Source: Patescibacteria group bacterium (GTDB lineage: Bacteria; Patescibacteriota; Microgenomatia; UBA1400; PJMF01). From it: a stretch of DNA of 55,502 nucleotides. Below the pieces are notes generated by a model. That model ran no database searches, was not told the origin of the DNA, and worked only from the letters and a program-made list of their open reading frames with translations. The stretch lies in NCBI GenBank assembly GCA_039714855.1, contig JBDLIL010000001.1:1-55502 (forward strand). The letters are read 5' to 3'. A program made the position numbers and the translations under genes. Shown here in pieces: positions 17,337 to 26,817 of this stretch (the stretch's first letter is position 1; each line of letters opens with the position of its first letter).

Positions 17337-18635
17337 CTACCCAAACATTAATAACTCTGGTTTGAAAACAAGCAATAATCCTATCAATATCATTAATATG
17401 CCACCAACTAATTTTGAATATTTGGCATATTTTTGACCTATCAAATTACTCTCCAACGTCATCATGGCGATAGCAAAAATTGCTATATCATCAATCATGA
17501 ACATGAGAATGTACAAAAATATATACCAATAATATTTCCAAGTAGCTAAATCTGACATGGCCAACACAGAAGTGAAAATAGCTGGAAATCCAGCCGAACA
17601 CATTAGCTCAACTAAATTTACAGCAAAAGCCAGGGCTATTAAACCCGCCAGAGCTATTAAAACATTGGTGTGCATTACCAATTCTTTGAGCTTGGCAAAA
17701 GTTCTCTGTCTCTTTTCACTACCGGTTATCTCACATTGATCACCGTGTTTTTTATAATCATAAAGCTGATAGGCACCTACTCCCAAAGCTAGTAGCGCTA
17801 TGCCTACTCTCACCATTGGCGCCACGCCTAAAAATAAAAAGGCATTCAGCCAAGCAGTCATGAACAAAAAATAAACAAAGGCTGAAGCTACGATAAAAGT
17901 AATTCCAAAGATCCACATTTTTCTACGATCATGTAAACCCAATAACAAACTAATTAAAAAAAGCAGTACCCACATAGCGCAAGGGTTAAAGCCATCTAAG
18001 AAGCCAATGGTTAAAGCCAATGCTGGCAAAGAAAAATTTTGCGCATCATAACTACCTAAAAATGGAATAGAAAAATTAGTAGATACATTTGTCGCATTTT
18101 TTTGATCTTCATTTTTTATTCTTTTTTCTGCTGATCCATACTTATCCATCAGCTCAGCAATAGCTTTTTTATCCTTTTTTATTGCATTTTTAAAAGTAAT
18201 TTTTCCAATTTCTAATTCTTTTTCAGTTAATTTAGATTCTATTAATTCATCACAGTCTGCCTCTTCTACAAGGCAAACATCCAGTTTATCTCTTATAGCC
18301 AAACCACTAGACTCATGATCTGTGTAACCCACTACAACCATGTCAGAAAGTATGGTAATGGGCACAGAGCCTGTTTCGAGACCAACTACAGGAGCGATTT
18401 TTTGTAATGTTTTTACGCTATTTCTACTACCCACTTCAAAAGCATAAACATTCAGCTTATCTGCATATTCTTCTTTTAAGAAACCTAAGAAAGGTTTTTC
18501 TTCTTTGCAGTGAGAGCAGCTATTAGAATAAAAAAAGTAAATATTTTGTGCTTGAATTTCTTGAGCATTAGCAGTGCTGGGGGTAAAAAATGCAAAATTA
18601 AAAATAAAAAATAAAAATACGAGTAATTTTTTCAT
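17337..18635 (-). CDS. fusion of an exported thioredoxin-like domain (CSHC) with a CcdA/DsbD-like thiol-transfer membrane domain
   Basis: Signal peptide, YFFYSNSCSHCKEE, then FLDGFNPCAMWVLLFL and LVELMCSAGFP transmembrane Cys motifs. Confidence 0.65.
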   Translation of the reverse strand: MKKLLVFLFFIFNFAFFTPSTANAQEIQAQNIYFFYSNSCSHCKEEKPFLGFLKEEYADKLNVYAFEVGSRNSVKTLQKIAPVVGLETGSVPITILSDMVVVGYTDHESSGLAIRDKLDVCLVEEADCDELIESKLTEKELEIGKITFKNAIKKDKKAIAELMDKYGSAEKRIKNEDQKNATNVSTNFSIPFLGSYDAQNFSLPALALTIGFLDGFNPCAMWVLLFLISLLLGLHDRRKMWIFGITFIVASAFVYFLFMTAWLNAFLFLGVAPMVRVGIALLALGVGAYQLYDYKKHGDQCEITGSEKRQRTFAKLKELVMHTNVLIALAGLIALAFAVNLVELMCSAGFPAIFTSVLAMSDLATWKYYWYIFLYILMFMIDDIAIFAIAMMTLESNLIGQKYAKYSKLVGGILMILIGLLLVFKPELLMFG

Positions 18636-18682
18636 ACCAAACCATTTTAGCTACTTATTGAAAATCTTCAATATGATAAATC

Positions 18683-19303
18683 TTAGTTTTTCTTCTTAAC
18701 TCCTACTGTTTCTAAAACTTCAAAGTTTTCTCCATCGTTTTCTAAAACAAAATAACCCAAATTATCAATAGAACCGCCTCGCAACTCGCCATACTGATAC
18801 TCTCCCAACCACATAAGGAAACTTCTTAGTAAGTCGCCATGAGCTACTAAAAGTATTTTTTTATTCAAATGCTCTTCAGTTTTCTCTACTAGAAATTCAG
18901 TTAATCTTTCCATTAATTCTTTATCATTTTCTACACCTTCAGTTAATCTAAATTTTATCCTCTCATCACGAGATAGACTTTCCCGTAAGGCAAATCTTCT
19001 TGCAAATTGGGTCTTCGCCTCCGATACTATCATGTTTTCTAAATCAGCATATCGACGTTCACGCAAGCGCTTGTCAGCTATTACCTCCAAACTATTGGCT
19101 ACCAAAATCTTAGCTGTGTCTTTTGCTCTTGATAAATCAGAACTATAAGCAGCAGTAAAATCTAAATTAGTAAAGTCCTTTGCCCTATCCTGAGCTTGCA
19201 TTTTTCCGAGCTTAGTCAAGCTTGATTCGAGCTGACCTTGTATCAGATCTTTCACATTAGCCTCAGTCTCTCCATGGCGAACTATGTAGAAGCGTGTTTT
19301 CAT
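18683..19303 (-). CDS. histidine phosphatase family (phosphoglycerate-mutase-like) protein
   Basis: FYIVRHGETEAN catalytic RHG motif and LVAHGDLLR. Confidence 0.8.
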   Translation of the reverse strand: MKTRFYIVRHGETEANVKDLIQGQLESSLTKLGKMQAQDRAKDFTNLDFTAAYSSDLSRAKDTAKILVANSLEVIADKRLRERRYADLENMIVSEAKTQFARRFALRESLSRDERIKFRLTEGVENDKELMERLTEFLVEKTEEHLNKKILLVAHGDLLRSFLMWLGEYQYGELRGGSIDNLGYFVLENDGENFEVLETVGVKKKN

Positions 19304-19310
19304 AAATTGA

Positions 19311-19379
19311 ATCCCTCCCCTTTAGGGGAGGACGCAAGTTTTTGTCCTTTAGGCAAAAACCTGCCAGGAGAGGTTTTAT
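19311..19379. repeat. GC-rich double-hairpin spacer downstream of the DUF559 gene
   Basis: Hairpins cctcccc-ttta-ggggagg (19314-19331) and gtttttg...caaaaac (19338-19360). Ends with ggagaggttttat (19367-19379). Confidence 0.55.
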
Positions 19380-19735
19380 TCCAAATCTCCTAAAATAATA
19401 ATTTGATCTAATACTAGATTTATATTTTTGTTAATTTGATAATTCCAGAATCTAATTACTCTGAGCCCCTTTGATTCTAAATACAGTGTTCTTTCTTCGT
19501 CATACCCTTTGACTTCTTCTTCGTTGTGATGACCACCATCTAGCTCTATGATTAGTTTCTTACTATGACAATAGAAATCTACTATGTAGGGACCAATGGG
19601 TTCTTGTCTCTTAAATTTCAAACCCAAAAATCTGCCTGCTTTTAATTTATACCAAAGCGCTCTTTCTTCATCAGTAATTTTCTTTCTTAGTTTGCGGGCA
19701 TATTTAGTTGCTTTTATTTTTCTAGCTTCGTACAT
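19376..19735 (-). CDS. DUF559 (Vsr-like endonuclease fold) protein
   Basis: LR...T..E..LW..L+.....G.KF+RQ..IG.YIVDFYC....L+IELDG..H in the typical DUF559 pattern. Confidence 0.8.
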   Translation of the reverse strand: MYEARKIKATKYARKLRKKITDEERALWYKLKAGRFLGLKFKRQEPIGPYIVDFYCHSKKLIIELDGGHHNEEEVKGYDEERTLYLESKGLRVIRFWNYQINKNINLVLDQIIILGDLE

Positions 19736-19759
19736 TTACCTTTTTTTATTACCTCTCTT

Positions 19760-19815
19760 CTCTCGTCCCGCCATGGCGAGACTAGAGTTTCTCCCCTAAA
19801 GGGGAGAGGTTTTAT
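19760..19815. repeat. GC-rich hairpin spacer upstream of the DUF559 gene
   Basis: Contains cgccatggcg and tctcccc-taaa-ggggaga (19790-19807). Ends with ggagaggttttat (19803-19815), identical to 19367-19379. Confidence 0.55.
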
Positions 19816-20468
19816 AAAATAATACTCTCCAACTCCCCCAAACTACTCACCTTATAAGTAGCATCTAGTTCTTCTAATCTACTAAAATCATAATACTGCT
19901 TATTAATTTCATGCAGAGTAAGTACTTGATTCATACCAGCATTTTGACCAGCAACAATATCTTTACCTGTATCACCAATTATTATTGCTTCATCTACTTT
20001 GTTTTTGGCGTCTAATTTTTCTAAAGCTTGAAACAACATTTCTGGATGAGGTTTTTCATTTTCCACATCGTCACTACTAACCATAACGTCTATATATTTA
20101 TTTAAATCATGATGTTCTAGTGATGGCTGCACTAATTTTGTTGGAGAAGAAGTCACTATAGAAATTTTTTTACCAGCAACCTTTAAAGAATCTAGTAGCT
20201 CTTTTGCATTTTCATGCAATTTTACAGTTTTTAAGCCCTTGCCAACTTCTGTAACTATTTTCTCCCAAAATTCTTGATGGTTTTTTATACCAAAGTTTTT
20301 TGGGCCCTCTTCTAAATTTCCCCAGGATTTCTCAATTACATCCTCCACTTCTACTTTTATTCCTTCAGCTCTATATAATTTCAAGTAAGTCTCTAGCCAT
20401 ACACCCGGTGTGTCAGCCAAACACCCATCCCAATCGAAGAGAATATAGTTATAAGTTTTATTTGACAT
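19812..20468 (-). CDS. HAD-superfamily hydrolase (phosphoglycolate phosphatase-like)
   Basis: ILFDWDGCLADT motif I, VTSS motif II and IGDTGKDIVAG motif III/IV. Confidence 0.8.
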   Translation of the reverse strand: MSNKTYNYILFDWDGCLADTPGVWLETYLKLYRAEGIKVEVEDVIEKSWGNLEEGPKNFGIKNHQEFWEKIVTEVGKGLKTVKLHENAKELLDSLKVAGKKISIVTSSPTKLVQPSLEHHDLNKYIDVMVSSDDVENEKPHPEMLFQALEKLDAKNKVDEAIIIGDTGKDIVAGQNAGMNQVLTLHEINKQYYDFSRLEELDATYKVSSLGELESIIL

Positions 20469-20516
20469 TAATTTGCCTCCAAAGTTTTTCGTCTACTTCT
20501 AATAGGATTTCGGCGC

Positions 20517-21452
20517 TTAATTCACCACATTGATTGGTTCACCTGCAATAAATTTCTCAATTCCTCCAGCAAAAGCCTCCCATCTATTTTTATCAGCTTG
20601 CTTTGTTCTAAAAGCCACAGGCGGGTAGGTAATACAATTTGGAGTTGCTAAAAATTCTTTAGCAAACTCTGTGTCATCAGAGTGATCAAATATAAAAGTT
20701 AACTTTCCAGCTTTTGCTGCTGCCATCATGGCGTGTTCGTCAATCAAGTGAGGGGGAGACAAATTAATAAAAACACTATCTTGCTTGATTAATGCTATTT
20801 TTTCTTCAGAAATGATATTTTTGGTTTCTGAATTAAGAACTAAATTTAGAGATAGAAAATCGCTTTTAGAGAGAACCTCATCTAATTCAACTTTTTTAGC
20901 TCCTATTTTTTCTATTTCTCTTTTATTTTTTCTAGAAAAATATAAGACTTTCATACCAAATCCCAAACCAATTTGAGCTACTCGAGATCCAATTTCGCCA
21001 GCACCAATTACTCCAAGTGTTTTTTCTTTTAATTCTAAACCCATAAAATCTCTAAAACCAAAATCAGATTTCCTAGCTTGTATTCTTGCTCTTTCAAGCT
21101 CCCTTGTTTGTTCCATTAACGTGGCAAAGAAAAATTCAGCCACTGCCTCTGTACTGTACCCACCCAAATTGCAAACAGAAATTCCTTTCTCTCTAGCATA
21201 TTTTGCATCGATAGCATCAAAAGCTGTGGAGCAAACCCCAATATATTTAAGATTTTTGGCAGCATCAATAACTTGTTTGTCAATTTTTGAAAATATCTTA
21301 ACAAATACTGCGTCAGCGTCTTTGACTTTATCAATCTTATTTTTATCATCACTCATAACGAATTCAGTTTCATCAAAGTTTTTAGCTATGCGCTTAAAAA
21401 CCTTATCACTTAATTCTCCATCCTTGTGGTCAATAAAAACTGCCTTTTTCAT
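20517..21452 (-). CDS. D-isomer-specific 2-hydroxyacid dehydrogenase family protein
   Basis: NAD motif LGVIGAGEIGSRVA and family-typical layout. Confidence 0.75.
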   Translation of the reverse strand: MKKAVFIDHKDGELSDKVFKRIAKNFDETEFVMSDDKNKIDKVKDADAVFVKIFSKIDKQVIDAAKNLKYIGVCSTAFDAIDAKYAREKGISVCNLGGYSTEAVAEFFFATLMEQTRELERARIQARKSDFGFRDFMGLELKEKTLGVIGAGEIGSRVAQIGLGFGMKVLYFSRKNKREIEKIGAKKVELDEVLSKSDFLSLNLVLNSETKNIISEEKIALIKQDSVFINLSPPHLIDEHAMMAAAKAGKLTFIFDHSDDTEFAKEFLATPNCITYPPVAFRTKQADKNRWEAFAGGIEKFIAGEPINVVN

Positions 21453-21489
21453 ATATCTCCTTTTGATATTTTCTTAATATTTGTAATTA

Positions 21490-22677
21490 CTATTTTTCCT
21501 CCCTTACTATGCTCACCGCCAACGGCAACACCGTTACCAACGACAGTATACCAAGTAATGTGTAAACCATGCGCACACCACCAAAGTTGACAATCACAGG
21601 GCCAGAAATAAAAGTGAGAATAATGTAAAAAAGACTAACTAGCATGCTGAGCGTAGAAATAGCAGTGGAGCGGTACTTAGAAGAAAATTCTTGATTCACC
21701 ATTTGACCCAAGATTACAAATCTGGCAGTTCCCAGCATCATCACCCCCGCCAAGAAAGGCAAAGCATTCCATTTGCCCAAAATAAATCCTGGCAGATATG
21801 AGATGGCCATGAAAATTGGAAAAAAGAAAATTGATTTCTTTTTAGTAAATAGCCTTTTGTTCTTCATGAGCGCTGTGAGTACAAAAACAATTATCACTCT
21901 AATAATGGCGTCTATGACTCCGCGAGTGTTATCTGCAAAACCTAATTCGACTAATAAAAACTTATTAAAGTAAAGTATGCTCGACCAAGTAATGGCTCCT
22001 ACTATTACATAAAAACTACTGAGCTTTCTTAAAAACGAATTCTTGAAAATCTCTCTTGCACCAAAATTTATTTGCTTAAGATAATTTTTAAGTGTAAAAA
22101 CTTCTGTGTCTATACTTGGCTCAATAAAAAGCAAGCAAAGTGCGGCAGCTATGTAATAAGCAAAAGCAATGGCAATAAATGGCAAGTAAAAATTATATTG
22201 ATACATAAAACCACTTAATACGGAACTGATTATCAGACCTGTTTGAAAAACTAAATTCTTATTTAATTTTATTTTGGCATATTTATTTTCTAAACCATCT
22301 TGCTTAAGACTGTCATAAATAAGCGCTTCTTTAGCACCACTCAAAAAAGATTCACCGATGGGTAAAACAAAAGAATAAAGAAAAGCTATAAATAAAAAAT
22401 TGTTATTAAATGGCAAAAATGCAAATGCAACGGCAGAAAAAATGTAACCCAAAAAAACACTCCACTTCTTGCCCAGCATGTCCGCTACTGCGCCTGTAGG
22501 CAACTCTGCCAATACTATCGTCAACATGCGTAAAGAAAAAAGTAGCGATATCTGAACTACTGACAAGTGTAATTGAAAAAATACTATAATTATCGCAATA
22601 GTGAAAATAAGTGAGCGCAAAAACTGAGTCAGGTAATACAACTTAATATTGCGTGGGGAAATAGTTTTCTTACTCAC
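21490..22677 (-). CDS. MFS transporter
   Basis: About 12 predicted TM segments and LAELPTGAVADMLGKK, an MFS loop 2-3 motif. Confidence 0.7.
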   Translation of the reverse strand: MSKKTISPRNIKLYYLTQFLRSLIFTIAIIIVFFQLHLSVVQISLLFSLRMLTIVLAELPTGAVADMLGKKWSVFLGYIFSAVAFAFLPFNNNFLFIAFLYSFVLPIGESFLSGAKEALIYDSLKQDGLENKYAKIKLNKNLVFQTGLIISSVLSGFMYQYNFYLPFIAIAFAYYIAAALCLLFIEPSIDTEVFTLKNYLKQINFGAREIFKNSFLRKLSSFYVIVGAITWSSILYFNKFLLVELGFADNTRGVIDAIIRVIIVFVLTALMKNKRLFTKKKSIFFFPIFMAISYLPGFILGKWNALPFLAGVMMLGTARFVILGQMVNQEFSSKYRSTAISTLSMLVSLFYIILTFISGPVIVNFGGVRMVYTLLGILSLVTVLPLAVSIVREEK

Positions 22678-22684
22678 CCTAGGA

Positions 22685-24511
22685 TTATACCAACTTCTTC
22701 GCCGCCTTCACCCTCTGATCCTTGGTCAAAAGTTTTTTCCTGAGGCGTAAATTTTTGGGAGTAATTTCCAGCAGTTCATCTGGTTCTAATAAATCTATTT
22801 GCTGCTCTAGGCTAAGATCTAAAATAGCGTCCAGTGGCACACTGATGTCGGCATTGGATCTAAAATTAGTTAGCTTTTTTTGCTTAATAATATTCATCTC
22901 TATGTCTTCACGACGAACATGTAGGCCAATAAGCATGCCTTCATAAACTTCAGCACCAGGTTTGACAAAGCTCTGACCACGCTCTTGCAAAGACTCTAGT
23001 GCATAGGCTGTAACAGTGCCGGCCTCACTGGCGGTAATGGCACCACTACGCAACTTTTGCAAGTCTTTGCCTTTTTCTTGATAACCAATAAATACCGAGT
23101 TAAATAATCCATTGCCTCTAGTTTTGCTAAGAATACTAGTACGAAATCCAAGTAAATTTTTGCTGGCAATTTCAAATTGCATTCTAGCTATGCCCTTACT
23201 ATCTGTTTTGCTGTCCAACATAGTGGCGCTTCTTTTACCCAAATCTTCAATGATCGCACCCATATATTCTTGATCAATTTCAATGGATAATTCTTCATAA
23301 GGCTCTTGCAATACAGCATCAATTTCTCTAATAATTACCTCTGGCCTACCAACCTCTATTTCATAGTTTTCTCGCCTTAGTGTTTCAAGCAAAATTGCTA
23401 AATGCAATTCACCCCTACCAGCAACCATAAAACCTTGACCACTGGGATTAGTTTCTATTTTTAAACCAATATTAGTTTTGATTTCCTTTTCTAAACGCTC
23501 TTGAATTTGCCGTGCCGTGGCAGCATTGCCATCTTTGCCAGCAAAAGGAGACGAATTGGGGCCCAAATACATTCTGAGCGTTGGCTCAGTAAGCTTTATG
23601 ATTGGATAACCAGTTGGATCACTAGGATCTGCCAATGTCTGACCAATGCTAACTCCCTCTAATCCTGTAATGGCAATAATATCTCCAACTTGGCTTTCTG
23701 CTACTTCAACCCTATTTAAACCTTTGCCGGTAAATATAGAACTAATTTGTTTCTCAGCAACTCTTTCATTTTCGTTTAAGATTGCCAGTCTTTGACCCTT
23801 GCTGACTTTTCCCTGAGTCACTCTGCCAATAGCATAAACACCTTTGTAGTCATCGAAGTCTAGATTGGAAACCAACATTTTAAAAGGTAAATCGGAATTA
23901 TTTTCTGGAGCTGGAATTTCAGAATTTATTTTTTCAAATAAGGGAATTAAGTTGCCATCATCAGAAAAACTACTTGGTAATTCTTCCCAAACCTTGCCAT
24001 CTCTAGCTACAGCAAAAAGCACAGAAAAATTTAAAGCTTCTTCATTTTCTGCTAGAAGTAAAAACAATTCTTCGATTTCTGCTAAGACTTCTTTGGGTCT
24101 AGCATCATGCCTATCAATTTTATTAATTACTACTATGATTTTTAAATTTTGTTTAAGAGCCTCTTGTAAAACAAATCTAGTTTGCGGCAAAGGTCCTTCA
24201 GCTGCATCTACTACTAGCAGTGCTCCATCGGCCATACCAATTACTCGCTCGACCTCACCGGCAAAGTCAGCGTGACCCGGGGTATCAATAATATTGATCT
24301 TTGTGTCTCCATACTGCACAGCTGTATTTTTGGCCAAAATAGTAATACCCTTTTCGCGTTCTAGATCATTGCTGTCCAAAATAGTTGTCTGACTCATCTC
24401 GGCCTGATTCGCACGAAAAGTATCAGTTTGCTTCAACATAAAATCCACCAACGTAGTTTTACCGTGGTCTACATGAGCAATGATAGCAATATTTCTAATA
24501 GGCATAGTCAA
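22685..24511 (-). CDS. typA: translational GTPase TypA/BipA
   Basis: IRNIAIIAHVDHGKTTLVD, DTPGHADF and NKIDR motifs, about 608 aa, with a BipA-type C-terminus. Confidence 0.9.
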   Translation of the reverse strand: MTMPIRNIAIIAHVDHGKTTLVDFMLKQTDTFRANQAEMSQTTILDSNDLEREKGITILAKNTAVQYGDTKINIIDTPGHADFAGEVERVIGMADGALLVVDAAEGPLPQTRFVLQEALKQNLKIIVVINKIDRHDARPKEVLAEIEELFLLLAENEEALNFSVLFAVARDGKVWEELPSSFSDDGNLIPLFEKINSEIPAPENNSDLPFKMLVSNLDFDDYKGVYAIGRVTQGKVSKGQRLAILNENERVAEKQISSIFTGKGLNRVEVAESQVGDIIAITGLEGVSIGQTLADPSDPTGYPIIKLTEPTLRMYLGPNSSPFAGKDGNAATARQIQERLEKEIKTNIGLKIETNPSGQGFMVAGRGELHLAILLETLRRENYEIEVGRPEVIIREIDAVLQEPYEELSIEIDQEYMGAIIEDLGKRSATMLDSKTDSKGIARMQFEIASKNLLGFRTSILSKTRGNGLFNSVFIGYQEKGKDLQKLRSGAITASEAGTVTAYALESLQERGQSFVKPGAEVYEGMLIGLHVRREDIEMNIIKQKKLTNFRSNADISVPLDAILDLSLEQQIDLLEPDELLEITPKNLRLRKKLLTKDQRVKAAKKLV

Positions 24512-24556
24512 AGACGTGCTATTATAGGGTATAACTTACAAATTAAATAGGAGATT

Positions 24557-25171
24557 ATGCATACTCTACCCAAACTACCCTACTCCCTGGATGCTCTTGA
24601 ACCTCACATGGATGCTAAAACTATGGAAATCCATCATGGCAAGCATCATGCTGGCTATGTAACCAAATTAAATACTGCTCTAAAAAAATATCCAGATTTG
24701 CAAGATAAAAAACTTAAAGATTTGCTAAGTAACTTAAACGCCATTCCAAAAGAAATAAGAACGGCTGTAAGAAATAATGGCGGAGGCCATGCCAATCATT
24801 CACTGTTTTGGAACATTCTTTCTGCCGATAGCGGTGAACAACCAGGAGGCAAACTCGCCCAAGCTATTAAAAATGAACTAATGAGTTTTGAAGAGTTTAA
24901 AAAACAATTTAGTAATTTGGCTGGAGCTAGGTTTGGTAGTGGCTGGATGTGGCTGGTAGTAGACAAAGAAAAAAGACTCAAGCTTTATTCTACAGCCAAT
25001 CAAGATTCTCCACTAAGTGGAGGCCACGTACCCATACTAGGACTAGATGTTTGGGAACATGCTTATTACCTAAAATATCAAAACAAAAGACCTGATTATA
25101 TTGCAGCTTTTTGGAAAATAGTAAACTGGTCAGAAGTAGAAAAAAAATATGAAAAGGCAACAAATAAGTAA
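24557..25171 (+). CDS. sodA: Fe/Mn superoxide dismutase
   Basis: LPYSLDALEPHMDAKTMEIHHGKHH and GLDVWEHAYYLKYQN. Confidence 0.9.
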   Translation: MHTLPKLPYSLDALEPHMDAKTMEIHHGKHHAGYVTKLNTALKKYPDLQDKKLKDLLSNLNAIPKEIRTAVRNNGGGHANHSLFWNILSADSGEQPGGKLAQAIKNELMSFEEFKKQFSNLAGARFGSGWMWLVVDKEKRLKLYSTANQDSPLSGGHVPILGLDVWEHAYYLKYQNKRPDYIAAFWKIVNWSEVEKKYEKATNK

Positions 25172-25240
25172 AAAAAATCTACAGAATTTGAAAACAAAGT
25201 TTTTTGCCTTTGAATTCTCAAAATTTTCATATTATCTTCT

Positions 25241-25270
25241 TTGACATCATACTCAAGAAGCGTCTATACT
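25241..25270 (+). promoter_or_regulatory. candidate sigma70-type promoter
   Basis: TTGACA (25241-25246), 18-nt spacer, TATACT (25265-25270). Confidence 0.45.
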
Positions 25271-25287
25271 GGATGTCATCCAGAAAT

Positions 25288-25842
25288 ATGAAAATTTTAG
25301 TCCGACTATACCTGTCGTTAGAAAAACTATTTACAAATCCCGTAGCTTGGTCTGCTGAGCAACCATGGGGAATTAGGATGATTTTTGTGCTTATTACTCT
25401 GCCCTTAATTGCTACTAGCAGCATTGTAGTACACGAAAGTTTGGAAGGTGGATCTTCAGAACAAATCAGAGAACTATTAAGTGACAATAAACAGCAAATC
25501 AGTAACTTAAAAGAGGCCTATAAAAAAGATAGCGAAAAACAATTACAAAAAATCGAAGAACTCAATCAAGATATTGATAAATTAAAAATGATAGTCAGTC
25601 AATCATCTCCCAGAGTACTTGGCAGTAGTGAGGAAGAACAAACAAAAATGATTTACGTTTCTAGCAACTTAGAAGAAGTTGAGGTATTGGCCCAAGCTCA
25701 AGAAGGAGCTGAAAAAATTGGTGTTCTACCCGCTAATTCACTTTATTTTTATCTACAAAAACAAGATAGCTGGTATCAAATAGAAATTGATAACAATATA
25801 ACTGGATGGATAAATGACAAATTTGTTATTAAATTTCCCTAA
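25288..25842 (+). CDS. membrane-anchored coiled-coil protein with a C-terminal SH3b-like domain
   Basis: TM at IRMIFVLITLPLIATSSIVV and C-terminus SWYQIEIDNNITGWINDKFV. Start set downstream of the predicted promoter; ATG 25273 and TTG 25204 are alternatives. Confidence 0.5.
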   Translation: MKILVRLYLSLEKLFTNPVAWSAEQPWGIRMIFVLITLPLIATSSIVVHESLEGGSSEQIRELLSDNKQQISNLKEAYKKDSEKQLQKIEELNQDIDKLKMIVSQSSPRVLGSSEEEQTKMIYVSSNLEEVEVLAQAQEGAEKIGVLPANSLYFYLQKQDSWYQIEIDNNITGWINDKFVIKFP

Positions 25843-25873
25843 GAGGATAAGTTCTTTTCCTGCTAAAAAGGCA

Positions 25874-26773
25874 ATGAAGCTGTGTTTGTTGTTTTACAAC
25901 TCCGTTCTAATTTTTATTTTTATCACTGTGGGCATACTGGGTAATAATTTTGACAATTTTGCTCCAGCGCTATTACTACTACCAGTAGGAATTTACTTCG
26001 CAATTTCCCTAAGCAGCAAAATTAGCAAAATCTCCGTAATTGCAAAACACCACAGCTTGGGAAAAATAAAAAATGCCCTATATTTTTATAGTTTGTTAAT
26101 TACTATCTTGCTGATAATTTCTACGGTAATTTATAGTTCCAACTTTTTACAGCTGTTATTTACTCTCATATTTTTACCATTTTTATTCTACTTCCTCAAT
26201 GATTCCTACGATCATAAAAAAATAAAACAAAATTTTCTTTTTCTAGTTAACAATAAGAGTCAAAATTACCAAGCTCCAGTGAAAGATTTGCCTACTATAA
26301 TCGATAAAGAAAATCAACAAATAATAGCTACAAACACCAAAAGTGAAGCTGTTCAGCTAGAAGAAATTACTGAAGACAAGGCTCAAATCAGAGATTATAG
26401 TAGACGAAAATTTCTGAAAATAGTAGGCGGTAGTGGCTTTAGCCTGGTAGTAATGATGTTTTTAATGCCACAAAAAGCTAGTGCTTCATTCTTTGGCAGT
26501 AATCCTGCCCCTGGGTTAGTAAGTATCAAGGATAGTAGTGGCATAAAAATAGACCCAGCAGAAAAAACTCCCACTGATGGTTATACTATTAGTGAAATTG
26601 ATGATGCTAGCAGCCCTAGCTATTATGGGTTTATTCATAAAGATGGAGCCTGGTATATTGCCAAAGAAAGTAGTGCTGGCGCCTATAGATATATAGCCGG
26701 ATCTAGCGATTTTAGCACTAGTTGGACGGGCAGAGCTGGCCTAAGCTATGACTATTTCGACACTGTTTTTTAA
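25874..26773 (+). CDS. hypothetical membrane protein with an internal twin-arginine-type motif and a about 100-aa C-terminal beta-rich domain
   Basis: Several N-terminal TM segments, then SRRKFLKIVGGSGFSLVVMMFLMPQKASA (26399-26419 encodes SRRKFLK). C-terminal motif YYGF..DGAWYI.......YRY.AG...F...W..R..L.Y..F. Confidence 0.5.
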   Translation: MKLCLLFYNSVLIFIFITVGILGNNFDNFAPALLLLPVGIYFAISLSSKISKISVIAKHHSLGKIKNALYFYSLLITILLIISTVIYSSNFLQLLFTLIFLPFLFYFLNDSYDHKKIKQNFLFLVNNKSQNYQAPVKDLPTIIDKENQQIIATNTKSEAVQLEEITEDKAQIRDYSRRKFLKIVGGSGFSLVVMMFLMPQKASASFFGSNPAPGLVSIKDSSGIKIDPAEKTPTDGYTISEIDDASSPSYYGFIHKDGAWYIAKESSAGAYRYIAGSSDFSTSWTGRAGLSYDYFDTVF

Positions 26774-26817
26774 ATTTACTGCTTGTCTAATATTTAATAT
26801 TTAGTAAGATAAAAATT

